A stretch of DNA of 29,148 nucleotides from Bdellovibrio sp. (GTDB lineage Bacteria; Bdellovibrionota; Bdellovibrionia; Bdellovibrionales; Bdellovibrionaceae). Below are positions 1 to 8,452 of this stretch, one piece after another (the stretch's first letter is position 1; each line of letters opens with the position of its first letter). Under the pieces are notes generated by a model. The model was not told the origin of the DNA. It did no database searches and was given only the letters and a program-made list of their open reading frames with translations. The stretch is from positions 1-29,148 of the forward strand of contig JBKCUU010000087.1 of assembly GCA_046318155.1 (NCBI GenBank). The letters are read 5' to 3'. Position numbers and translations under genes: made by a program.

Positions 1-98
1 GGCTCAGGTGCCGCAGGCGCAGGCTCAGGTGCCGCAGGCGCAGGCTCAGGTGCCGCAGGCGCAGGCTCAGGTGCCGCAGGCGCAGGCTCAGGTGCCGC
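1..98. repeat. 21-bp tandem repeat GGCTCAGGTGCCGCAGGCGCA, 4 perfect copies plus a 14-bp partial copy; encodes PAPAAPE on the minus strand
   Basis: Copies at 1-21, 22-42, 43-63, 64-84, partial 85-98; may continue beyond the window edge. Confidence 0.97.
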
Positions 99-656
99 GG
101 ACGCGCCTTTTGAAGCCTCAAGTTGCTTTTGAAGACGCGCATTTTCTTCTTTGTAAAATGACAGATCCGCAATGTCTTCGCTGATGATTTCGTATTCGGC
201 CAATTTTCCTTGAAGCTCTCGCAGCTGGGCTTCCAGTGCGGCTTTATCATCAGAACTGATACCAGGAGCCGCCGCCGCCGCTCCTGCCGTTGGCGCTTGA
301 GTTTTTAAAGTCTCGATTTCGGATTGGCGGATTTCGAGTGCTTTTTTGAGCTCTTGAATCTCTTCAAGCAAAGGCGCTGCAACGTTCCCATCCGGAGCCG
401 CCTGGGCCGCCGATGCGACCGCCGAAGCTGCGGGTAAAGCGTTGGCTCTTTCGAGAAGTTTTTTGAGAGTCTCTTCAAGCTCACCCATCGAAGGAGAGAG
501 CCCCGCCCCGGCTTCTCCCGATTTTTCGGCGGCCCGCGCCGAAAGAAACGTGCGGTAGGAGATGACAAGTACAAACAGGACGATAAGCCCGACGAGCCCC
601 TCAATGATCAGAGCGTTGTGTCGAATGATAAGCTGAATGAAATTCTCAAGATGCAC
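1..656 (-). CDS. Hypothetical membrane-anchored coiled-coil protein with Pro/Ala repeats (partial, runs off the left edge)
   Basis: Not in the ORF track. Manual translation from GTG at 654-656 gives MHLENFIQLIIRHNALIIEGLVGLIVLFVLVISYRTF (TM-like), later ...LEAQLRELQGKLAEYEIISEDIADLSFYKEENARLQKQLEASKGASAAPEPAPAAPEP; no stop in the segments I read. Confidence 0.85.
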   Translation of the reverse strand, partial: MHLENFIQLIIRHNALIIEGLVGLIVLFVLVISYRTFLSARAAEKSGEAGAGLSPSMGELEETLKKLLERANALPAASAVASAAQAAPDGNVAAPLLEEIQELKKALEIRQSEIETLKTQAPTAGAAAAAPGISSDDKAALEAQLRELQGKLAEYEIISEDIADLSFYKEENARLQKQLEASKGASAAPEPAPAAPEPAPAAPEPAPAAPEPAPAAPE

Positions 657-794
657 AGCTTTATTTTGACTTGGGAATCGATCCTTGGTCAACAGGCAGC
701 GACCCCTGGTCGCGGTTCTTGAGGCCCCAAAAAAACGCGACCCTAGACCTTTTGCCTAGCCCGCGCTACTCTCCCCGACAAAACGAGGTCTGAC

Positions 795-2132
795 ATGTTT
801 GAATTAGTCATCGAGTCCGCCGAAATTTTGCGCCCAACGACTTCTGCGGGAACTCAAAGTTGGAAGAAAGAACTGCTGAACATTGGGATCTTGGGTGGAA
901 AAATCCAGACCTTCAGCACCGGCCCTTTGAGCGGCGCCAAGACACTTTCATTCAAAGGTTTGACGGTCTTGCCTGGATTGATCGATTCGCAAGTCCACAT
1001 GCGCGAACCCGGCATGACTCACAAAGAAGACCTCGAAGCCGGAACACGCGGCGCTGCCCTTGGCGGAATCACCGCCGTTTTCGAAATGCCCAACACCGTG
1101 CCTGCGACGACGACTCAAGAAGCCCTTGAAGACAAATTCAAGCGCGCGCAGGGCCGAACCTGGGTCGACCACGCTTTTTTTGTTGGGGGCTCACCCGATA
1201 ATGTCGAAAAGCTGGCCGCACTCGAAAGACTTCCGGGCACCCCTGGAATTAAAATCTTTATGGGCAGCTCCACCGGAACGCTTCTGGTGGATGATGACCC
1301 CACCCTTGAAAAAATCTTTCGAGCCGGCTCTCGCCGTGTCACTTTGCATAGCGAAGACGAGGCCATTTTGCGCGCAAACAAAAAAATTGCGATCGACTCG
1401 GGCGATGTGAAAATGCACCCCGTTTGGCGTAGTGTCGAGTCGGCGCTGTCTTCAACAAAGCGCCTGCTTGCACTGGCCCGCAAAACAGGCCGTCAAGTCC
1501 ACGTACTGCACGTCACATCGGCAGAAGAAATGGAACTCTTGGGTGATTCTAAAGATGTCGCCTCGGTTGAAGTTTTGCCTCAACATTTGACGTTGTTTGC
1601 ACCGGATTGTTATGAGCGGCTGGGCACTTTGGCGCAGCAAAATCCGCCGATCCGCGAAAAACGCCATCTCGAAGGCCTTTGGAAAGGGATCCAAAACGGA
1701 ACCGTGGACGTGCTGGGCTCCGACCACGCGCCACACACGCTCCAAGAAAAAAATCAAAGGTACCCCAATACGCCTTCGGGAATGCCCGGTGTACAAACCA
1801 CCGTTCCGGTTATGCTCAATCATGTGAATCAAGGCCGATTGTCGCTTGAACGGTTTGTCGAACTGATGACAACAGGCCCTCGGCGCGTCTTTGGTGTCAA
1901 AAATAAAGGGCTCATGAAAATCGGTGCCGACGCTGACTTTACCGTCGTTGATCTCAAAGCCGAACGCACCATCGAAAACAAATGGATCGCGAGCCGCTCG
2001 GCCTGGACACCTTTTGACGGAATGAAAGTCAGGGGTTGGCCCGTGGCCACCATCGTGCGCGGCCACGTCGTCATGCAAGACGACCAACTTTTGGGAACCC
2101 CCCTCGGTGAAAAGGTGCTCTTTGACGTCTGA
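795..2132 (+). CDS. pyrC: Dihydroorotase (amidohydrolase superfamily)
   Basis: PGLIDSQVHMREPG, GGITAVFEMPNT, LHSED, HVLHVTS, NPPIR, GSDHAPH, PSGMPGVQT and GADADFTVVD motifs; GAGG RBS upstream. Confidence 0.9.
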   Translation: MFELVIESAEILRPTTSAGTQSWKKELLNIGILGGKIQTFSTGPLSGAKTLSFKGLTVLPGLIDSQVHMREPGMTHKEDLEAGTRGAALGGITAVFEMPNTVPATTTQEALEDKFKRAQGRTWVDHAFFVGGSPDNVEKLAALERLPGTPGIKIFMGSSTGTLLVDDDPTLEKIFRAGSRRVTLHSEDEAILRANKKIAIDSGDVKMHPVWRSVESALSSTKRLLALARKTGRQVHVLHVTSAEEMELLGDSKDVASVEVLPQHLTLFAPDCYERLGTLAQQNPPIREKRHLEGLWKGIQNGTVDVLGSDHAPHTLQEKNQRYPNTPSGMPGVQTTVPVMLNHVNQGRLSLERFVELMTTGPRRVFGVKNKGLMKIGADADFTVVDLKAERTIENKWIASRSAWTPFDGMKVRGWPVATIVRGHVVMQDDQLLGTPLGEKVLFDV

Positions 2133-2181
2133 CGTTCCTCACTCCCCGCCGCCCGAAACCCCAGCGAGCCCATCAAACCAA

Positions 2182-2481
2182 ATGAAGATGCTGTTCTTTG
2201 GCGGCTTGCTCCCCGTCATCGCATTTACACTGATCGAACATTTTAAGGGACCGGTTTGGGGGACGATTGCAGGTTTGATTTTTGGCGCGGGCGAAGTGAT
2301 TTACGAGCTGAATCTGCGTCTCGGATTTTTCTTTATCGCCATAGCGGCTCTGGCTGGATGGGCCGCGCTTGCTTGGTCTACCGAAGCCTGGGCTTTTTTG
2401 AAAGGTCTCGGAACTCCGCTTTTGATGGGTGCATATCTGCTGATTGAAATTTTAATTTTTCGTTGCCGCAAAATGAAGTAG
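2182..2481 (+). CDS. YciB/IspA (intracellular septation protein A)-like membrane protein, apparently with an in-frame internal deletion (possible pseudogene)
   Basis: N-terminus LFFGGLLPVIAF and C-terminus LNLRLGFFF...AWAFLKGLG resemble YciB (FLDFLPLVVF; LNLAWAVFF...WVNFKVFG), but the central part is absent. Start uncertain (TTG 2122 or ATG 2182). Confidence 0.65.
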   Translation: MKMLFFGGLLPVIAFTLIEHFKGPVWGTIAGLIFGAGEVIYELNLRLGFFFIAIAALAGWAALAWSTEAWAFLKGLGTPLLMGAYLLIEILIFRCRKMK

Positions 2482-2513
2482 GACCTTGTTGGGGTGTCCA
2501 AGGCTTGAAAGAT

Positions 2514-2541
2514 AAAAACCCCACTCAGATGAGCGGGGTTT
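2514..2541 (-). terminator. Rho-independent terminator of the subtilase gene
   Basis: Minus strand AAACCCCGCTCA-TC-TGAGTGGGGTTT followed by further T residues, about 35 bp downstream of the stop; lies between convergent genes. Confidence 0.8.
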
Positions 2542-2574
2542 GAAGTTCTGTTTAGAAAACAGATTTCTGTGTTC

Positions 2575-4095
2575 TTAGCGAGAGCAAAATGGGAGATCAG
2601 GCTGGATCTGGCAGATGATCTCACAAATCGCAGGATCGCCAAGTGGGCACTCACCGGGCTCGCCGGGCTGACCGGGCTGACCGGGCTGGCTTGCGGGTTT
2701 TCCAACATAAATCTTGTAGCTTGAAGCTGTTTGTCCGGCAGCGTCTGTGACGGTGACTGTCGTTTCACCTTCGCCAACACCCGTGAGCTCACCGTTTGCA
2801 TCGATTGTCGCAATCGCCGCATTCGTGGAAGCGTAAGTGTAAGGCGCCTTACCATAAACACCCGAGAATTTGATCTTCTCAGACTTGCCCATGGTTGCCG
2901 CATTGGGAGACACGAACAATTTCTTGTTCATGACGGTTTCAACAGCTGACAAAGCATCAACGCGGCAGTCACAAGCCGTTTGAATTCCGACCTTAACTCC
3001 TGTTGATTGCAACAACGCCTTCATGTTCTCAGGCGTGAGTGTGGGGTCCTGCGAAAGCAAGAAACCAACAAGTCCCGAAACCAAGGGAGTTGCCATCGAA
3101 GTGCCAGACAAATTGCCGTACTTATCAGAGGGCAAAGTTGACATGATCGCATCACCGGGAGCCGACAAGCTGACTTTGGCTCGGCCGAAATTCGACCAGC
3201 TTGGCTTAGAATCGCTCGAGTTCGAAGCGGCAACGGTCACGACATTCGAAAGACCCGCGTTGGCAGGGTACACTTCGTAAGTGTCATTGTTTTTGCCATC
3301 GTTCGCTGCAGCCGCAATGAAAATGATGCCGGCTTTTTCAGCTCGAGCAATCGCTTCCAAAATCGGACCCGCTTGATTGCGAGGAATCGCCGCGCCCCAA
3401 GAGGCCGAGATCACTTGCACTTTTTTCTCGATCGCGTAGTCGATCGCTTTCACACCGTTGTTCAAATCGCCGGAGCCGTTTTCGTCAAGAAAGCGGATCG
3501 GCATCATCGAAACACCGGGAGCCAAACCAATCGTCCCACCATCAACCAAACCAGTCGCACCAACGATACCGGCACAGTGTGTTCCGTGACCGGGGTTCGC
3601 GCTGCTTGTTTGATCCATTGGGTCATTGTCGTTACGAGCAAAGTCGTAACCAGGCACCATATTCGGAGCCAAACTCTTGTGCCTGTAGTCAACACCGGTA
3701 TCGATCACAGCCACTGTAATTGTTTTCGAACCTTTATTGCCGGCCTTCGCCCAAGCTTCTTCAGCGCGAACTTTTTTGATCGCATACTGATCTTTCAGCG
3801 CTTGTGCATCGAAGGGTGCCTCAAATGTATGCAATCGAGCATTTGGAACAACATATTCAATGTTCGGATTGCTCAAAAGTCGAACAAGTGTCGCGACTTT
3901 TTCGCCATTGGGGATGTTCAGCTTGAACAGCTGACCTGCCGCGTGATTGTCCATCACGTTCAGGCCATCGAAGTTCATCGACTGAAGAGCCCATGGGCTG
4001 CGGTACTTTACAAGATACTCAGCGGCCCAAGCGGGAGCCGAGTTAACGAGAATGGCGCTTGCGAACAAGAGCCCTTTTAGAATGAAACTTTTCAT
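2575..4095 (-). CDS. Secreted S8 subtilisin-like serine protease with Ig-like (Big_2-type) domain and Cys-rich tail
   Basis: Signal peptide MKSFILKGLLFASAILVNSAPAWA; catalytic motifs VAVIDTGVD, HGTHCAG, SGTSMATP; C-terminal YASTNAAIATIDANGELTGVGEGETTVTVTD; GGAGGGG RBS (4100-4106) supports ATG at 4093-4095. Confidence 0.93.
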   Translation of the reverse strand: MKSFILKGLLFASAILVNSAPAWAAEYLVKYRSPWALQSMNFDGLNVMDNHAAGQLFKLNIPNGEKVATLVRLLSNPNIEYVVPNARLHTFEAPFDAQALKDQYAIKKVRAEEAWAKAGNKGSKTITVAVIDTGVDYRHKSLAPNMVPGYDFARNDNDPMDQTSSANPGHGTHCAGIVGATGLVDGGTIGLAPGVSMMPIRFLDENGSGDLNNGVKAIDYAIEKKVQVISASWGAAIPRNQAGPILEAIARAEKAGIIFIAAAANDGKNNDTYEVYPANAGLSNVVTVAASNSSDSKPSWSNFGRAKVSLSAPGDAIMSTLPSDKYGNLSGTSMATPLVSGLVGFLLSQDPTLTPENMKALLQSTGVKVGIQTACDCRVDALSAVETVMNKKLFVSPNAATMGKSEKIKFSGVYGKAPYTYASTNAAIATIDANGELTGVGEGETTVTVTDAAGQTASSYKIYVGKPASQPGQPGQPGEPGECPLGDPAICEIICQIQPDLPFCSR

Positions 4096-4286
4096 ATTAC
4101 CCCTCCGTGGTGACAAAAATCATAGACAGGGTTGGTTCCAAACTGAAACCAAATAATGTCGAATGACGATGCAGGTCGAAAGATTTATTTTTTCACTCTT
4201 TATAAGATAGAGCGGAAGAAGGCCCCCGCAGCCTCGTGTTATTTTGCAGTTGCACGCCTTCTTTCGCGTCGACAGAATGCTGCGAC

Positions 4287-5066
4287 ATGAGTTGGTTTGT
4301 TCTGATTATATTAAGCCTTATCGAGGGCCTGACCGAATTTTTACCCATTTCATCGACGGGCCATTTAATTTTGGCATCGGCGTGGTTGGGCATCAATGAG
4401 GATCAGTTTGTTCAGAGCTTTAACATTATTATTCAGTTCGGCGCGATTTTGTCGGTCCTTGTCTTGTACTGGCGCAAGTTTTTTCCGATCCGCCTCGAGT
4501 TCTACAAAAAAATCTTTGTCGCCTTTCTTCCGGCCGCCGTTCTGGGCTTTCTTTTAAAGTCTGTTTTAGAAAAGTTACTCGGAAGCGTCTTGGTCGTCGG
4601 CGTTGCTCTGTTTATTGGTGGGATCGTTCTCATTATGATGGACCGCCAAGCAACCAAACGAACTCCGACCCTGACGATTCAAGGCATGACTTTAAAAGAC
4701 TCTTTAATTTTGGGATTCGTTCAGTGTTTGGCTCTGATCCCCGGTGTTTCACGCGCGGGCGCCACGATCCTTGGTGGAATGGGGCTTAAGTTGTCGCGCG
4801 AAGAAGCAACCGAGTTTTCGTTTTTCTTGGCCGTCCCCACTCTCACGGCCGCGGCCGCTTACAAAACACTCAAAATTGCGCCCAGTCTGCAAGCCTCTCA
4901 ATTCGATGAGCTCCTGATTGGAACCATTTTGTCTTTTGTCTTTGCCTTGTTGGCCATCAAATTCTTCATCGGGCTCGTCAAGAGGTTTGGCTTGCAGCAC
5001 TTTGGCTGGTACCGAATCGCACTTGGGCTTTTGATTTTTCTCGCCTTATCTCAAGGATGGTTATGA
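4287..5066 (+). CDS. uppP: Undecaprenyl-diphosphate phosphatase (BacA/UppP)
   Basis: EGLTEFLPISSTGHL and LALIPGVSRAGATI signature motifs, REEATEFSFFLAVP; start set to ATG 4287. Confidence 0.95.
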   Translation: MSWFVLIILSLIEGLTEFLPISSTGHLILASAWLGINEDQFVQSFNIIIQFGAILSVLVLYWRKFFPIRLEFYKKIFVAFLPAAVLGFLLKSVLEKLLGSVLVVGVALFIGGIVLIMMDRQATKRTPTLTIQGMTLKDSLILGFVQCLALIPGVSRAGATILGGMGLKLSREEATEFSFFLAVPTLTAAAAYKTLKIAPSLQASQFDELLIGTILSFVFALLAIKFFIGLVKRFGLQHFGWYRIALGLLIFLALSQGWL

Positions 5067-6184
5067 ATCACGATCTGGTAACGACGCTGCTGGCAGGGAC
5101 CTCTTCAACTTTTCAAGAAACTTGGTTCATGATGCCTAATTGGAAATGGATCGGACTCGCGTCGGCTCTGTTTTTGGGATTTGTTTTAACTGGACTTCTA
5201 CGACCCCTCTTATCGGGATTGAGTCAGTCCTTTCAGAAAAGGACCCCCCCGACAAGCTTCGCTTGTTTTCTCTGTGAGCAACCCCTTCACCGCCCACTTG
5301 CATGGCTTTTCGTCAGTCTTTTGTGGCTTGTCACTTGGAAAGCGCTGGCTCTGCCCACAACAATGGAAAATACGCTTCGCATTTTATCGCAAATCATTTT
5401 GTCGATCGCAGTCGTACGTTTAGCCTATATGATGGTCGAAGCTGGAGGCCGCAAGCTCAGCGTTTATGTCGAAAAGACTCCAAACAGCCTGGATGATCAA
5501 CTGGTTTCCTTTGCGACGAAGTCGCTCAAAATTTTGATCATCGTTTTGGGTCTTTTGATTGTTCTACAAAACTTTGGCGTCAACGTCACCTCGCTCTTGG
5601 CAGGCCTTGGCATCGGCGGCTTGGCGATTGCATTTGCCGCGCAGGAGACGGTGGCCAATGTTTTTGGTTCCATCACGATCATCACCGACCGCCCCTTTCA
5701 AGTCGGCGATCAAATCAAGGTCACGGATACAGAAGGAACGGTCGAAGAGGTCGGCTTCCGCTCCACTCGCATCCGAACCCCTTATCAGTCTGTGGTGGCC
5801 GTCCCGAACTCGATCATGGCCAAAGAAAAGATCGATAACATGGGCGTGCGTCCCCGCCGCCGAATCCGTCACACGATCGGTTTGACCTATGCTGCGACCC
5901 AAGAACAGATCAGATACTTTACCGACAAAGTCCGCTTCATGCTGACCCGGCACCCTCAGGTTTACAAAGATGACGTGACCGTTGTATTGAGTGGCTTTGG
6001 CGATTCTTCACTGAATGTTTTGGTGAACTGCTTTGTCGTCGCGGCCACGTGGAACGAAGAAATCGAAATTCAAGAATACTTGCTCTTCGAAATCATGACG
6101 ATCGCCAAAGAAACTGGCGTCGAGTTTGCCTTCCCGACCCGCACTCTTCACATGGCCGGCCCCGTTCCCGGGGCCCCCACCTAA
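5063..6184 (+). CDS. mscS: Small-conductance mechanosensitive channel family protein
   Basis: LLAGLGIGGLAIAFAAQETVANVFGS, DRPFQVGD, GTVEEVGFRSTRIRT, FAFPTRTL; ATGA overlap with the uppP stop. Confidence 0.92.
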   Translation: MNHDLVTTLLAGTSSTFQETWFMMPNWKWIGLASALFLGFVLTGLLRPLLSGLSQSFQKRTPPTSFACFLCEQPLHRPLAWLFVSLLWLVTWKALALPTTMENTLRILSQIILSIAVVRLAYMMVEAGGRKLSVYVEKTPNSLDDQLVSFATKSLKILIIVLGLLIVLQNFGVNVTSLLAGLGIGGLAIAFAAQETVANVFGSITIITDRPFQVGDQIKVTDTEGTVEEVGFRSTRIRTPYQSVVAVPNSIMAKEKIDNMGVRPRRRIRHTIGLTYAATQEQIRYFTDKVRFMLTRHPQVYKDDVTVVLSGFGDSSLNVLVNCFVVAATWNEEIEIQEYLLFEIMTIAKETGVEFAFPTRTLHMAGPVPGAPT

Positions 6185-6199
6185 AATGGCAAGTGACCA

Positions 6200-6826
6200 T
6201 TATTCTTCTTTGAACTTAGGATGGGCCCGAAACCACGCCAAAAATTTGGACTGATTCTCGGAAGGAACAATCTCAAGACGCGTTTTTAAATGGCGCTGAT
6301 CTTCCGCCAGAGAGCACATGAGCTCGAGCTCGCGGCCTTCTGCGATGGTGATAATCACGGTCGAATAACCGGCCACCCAATCCGGAACAGGATCTTGAGT
6401 CCGCAAGCCACCTTCGCTTAAGTCTAAAACTCGAGTCGAAAACTCTTGCGTCCCCGAAACAACGCGGGCCGGGTAATCGACTTCAAACCGGTTAAACTTG
6501 CGAGTGACAAACGGAGTTTCGGCTTTGACAGGGCGGACAGCCGTAATTTCAGAATCAAAATCTTGGGCGGAGAGAATCACCGGCGCCTTGATTTTAACAA
6601 TACGGGTGTGCAGAAGCTCCGCACATTCGCCGTCTCGAAGCGGCTTCCAAGCGGCCCAGCCGGGCTTCCAAACCAAGACCGTGGCTTTTTCAGAATCTCG
6701 CAGGGTTTCGAGGATGACCCGGGCTTCATTGGTCGACAGATCATGCACGGTCCAATTGTGAAAGTCACAATTCAAAGACCAGGACTCTTCGGTTTTCATA
6801 AGTTGCTTCATCCATGATGCAAACAT
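6200..6826 (-). CDS. PilZ-domain protein with N-terminal GYF_2/DUF4339-like segment
   Basis: c-di-GMP motifs RKFNR (RxxxR) and DLSEGG (DxSxxG); N-terminal VWKPGWAAWKPL resembles the GYF_2 VW..G...W pattern. Confidence 0.8.
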   Translation of the reverse strand: MFASWMKQLMKTEESWSLNCDFHNWTVHDLSTNEARVILETLRDSEKATVLVWKPGWAAWKPLRDGECAELLHTRIVKIKAPVILSAQDFDSEITAVRPVKAETPFVTRKFNRFEVDYPARVVSGTQEFSTRVLDLSEGGLRTQDPVPDWVAGYSTVIITIAEGRELELMCSLAEDQRHLKTRLEIVPSENQSKFLAWFRAHPKFKEE

Positions 6827-6832
6827 GCGAGG

Positions 6833-8125
6833 TTACTTTTTCTTTTTCGGGTCCGTTTTCTTTTTCGAAGAAGACGAAGATTTTGCAGAACTGTTTTTAG
6901 TCGCAGGAGCCTTAGCCTCGGGAGCGTCGACCTCGGCTTTTGATGTTTTCATCAAGGCGCGAGTTTCAGCTTTGATCTTCTCGGTCTCGATTCGCATTTT
7001 TTCAGCATCCAGCTCGGCTTTTAGAGTTTCGGTTCTGAGGGTGGCGGATTCGAGTCCTTGAGAACCCATTGATGCGCTGTCTTTGAGTTTCTCTCGCTCG
7101 GCCTTGGCGCGCTCGATCTCCGCCTTCAATTTCTCGGCCTCGGCGCTGTGACGCTGCATTTCGTTTTGCTGATCGGCCACCTGCTTACTCAAACGGGCGA
7201 TTTCATTTTGCGTCGAGGCCAGCTCTTTGTTGTTTTGCGCCCGTGACTTCTCGGTTTCGTTTTTAGCTTTCAGCAAAGCCTGACGAGATTTGTCTTCTTC
7301 TTTTTTCAACCCGGTTAGTTTTTTGCGTTCGTCATCAAGCTGCGAGCGCACCTTTTCCAGCTCAACTTGAGTCGCTTTTATCTCTTCATTGTTTTTCTTT
7401 GCCCCCTGCTCTGCTTTTTCTTCTTGGGCTTTGAGTTTGGCAATCTCGTTTTCGGCACGCGCTTTTTCGGCCTCAGATTTCGCTTGCTCGGCTTGGGATT
7501 TTTGCAACTGGGCTTGCGCGAGCATCAAGATTTTTTGAGTGTTTAACCTCGTCTTTTCAAACTCACGCGAAGCTTCTGCTTCTTTTTGTTTTGCACTCGC
7601 TGCGGCTTTGAGCGCAGCTTCGGCTTCGTCTTGAGCCGCCTTCGCCTTTTTCTCTTCATCAACCGAGAGTGCCCTCAATTTTTCCATCTCTTGCTCAGCT
7701 GTTTTTTTGCGAGCTTCCGCTTCTTCACGAAGTTTTTTGGATTTCTCCCGTTTGTCTTGGAGCGCTTGGATCTGTTTGTTCAACAAATTTTGCTTTTCTT
7801 CGGCAAGCTTCTTTTGTTTATCGAATTCGTCCGCTTCGTTTTTGGCACGGGCCAGATCTTTCTCGGCCTGAGCCTGTTCAGACTTTGATTTTTCTTCAGC
7901 GGCTTTGGCTTGCGCAATCGCGGCTTCGGCTTGCGCTTTGGCCTGCTCCCGGCGGCGTTTTTCGTCTTCGGCCCTTCGGCGTGCGTCTTTGGCCTCGGCC
8001 TGTGCGGCTTCTGAATCGGCTATGGCTTCCTCGGCCTCGATCGACTTGTCTTGAGCTTGGACCAGATGAGGTGTCATCGAAATAGAAATGAGTGTCGCGA
8101 ACGCAATCAATAAGAGCCGGCGCAT
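6833..8125 (-). CDS. Secreted/periplasmic long coiled-coil protein of unknown function
   Basis: Signal peptide MRRLLLIAFATLISISMTPHLVQA after a G7 RBS (8131-8137); about 380 aa rich in A/E/K/Q; basic C-terminal tail. Confidence 0.85.
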   Translation of the reverse strand: MRRLLLIAFATLISISMTPHLVQAQDKSIEAEEAIADSEAAQAEAKDARRRAEDEKRRREQAKAQAEAAIAQAKAAEEKSKSEQAQAEKDLARAKNEADEFDKQKKLAEEKQNLLNKQIQALQDKREKSKKLREEAEARKKTAEQEMEKLRALSVDEEKKAKAAQDEAEAALKAAASAKQKEAEASREFEKTRLNTQKILMLAQAQLQKSQAEQAKSEAEKARAENEIAKLKAQEEKAEQGAKKNNEEIKATQVELEKVRSQLDDERKKLTGLKKEEDKSRQALLKAKNETEKSRAQNNKELASTQNEIARLSKQVADQQNEMQRHSAEAEKLKAEIERAKAEREKLKDSASMGSQGLESATLRTETLKAELDAEKMRIETEKIKAETRALMKTSKAEVDAPEAKAPATKNSSAKSSSSSKKKTDPKKKK

Positions 8126-8230
8126 GCAGTCCCCCCCAGAATCTCTATTTGAACACAACTTCAGCGCGCTTTCCAACTGTGCCAGGACTCCGAGGCTGAC
8201 TTTGGGCGGCTCTGTTTAAAACTTCATCAC

Positions 8231-8382
8231 TGCTCGGCCACTTTGGTGGCGGCTGACGAGCAAATGAGCGTCCTCTTAAAAGAAGAGGGGCCAAGTCTCG
8301 TCTGGCCCCGACCTTGCTCTAGTGAATGTCACCCCCCCATAGCGGCCTGGTCCCACCCCCCCCCAACCAGGTCGCTGTTTTT
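8231..8382 (+). ncRNA. Candidate structured small RNA or leader with C-rich single-stranded tracts and a terminator-like 3' hairpin
   Basis: Three hairpins (8231-8262, 8287-8309, 8339-8378). The last is a 13-bp stem with a C3AC9A loop followed by a T run; its two G-U pairs favour the + strand. Confidence 0.4.
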
Positions 8383-8452
8383 CCCCTCCTTAAGTCCTCG
8401 AGCAACAAGTTCTGGTCTGATGAAAAACAGGTGGCCCGCTTATTCTTAACTC

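Noticed and set aside
1..98. Direct repeats as a possible CRISPR array
   Set aside because: Head-to-tail copies with no spacers, in frame within a CDS, and no cas genes nearby.
305..604. 99-aa minus-strand ORF from the track
   Set aside because: Out-of-frame shadow of the real <1-656 CDS.
984..1010. Dihydroorotase QxH instead of the HxH metal motif
   Set aside because: DSQVHxREPG is a variant I recognise in bacterial dihydroorotases of this subgroup; the other ligands are intact.
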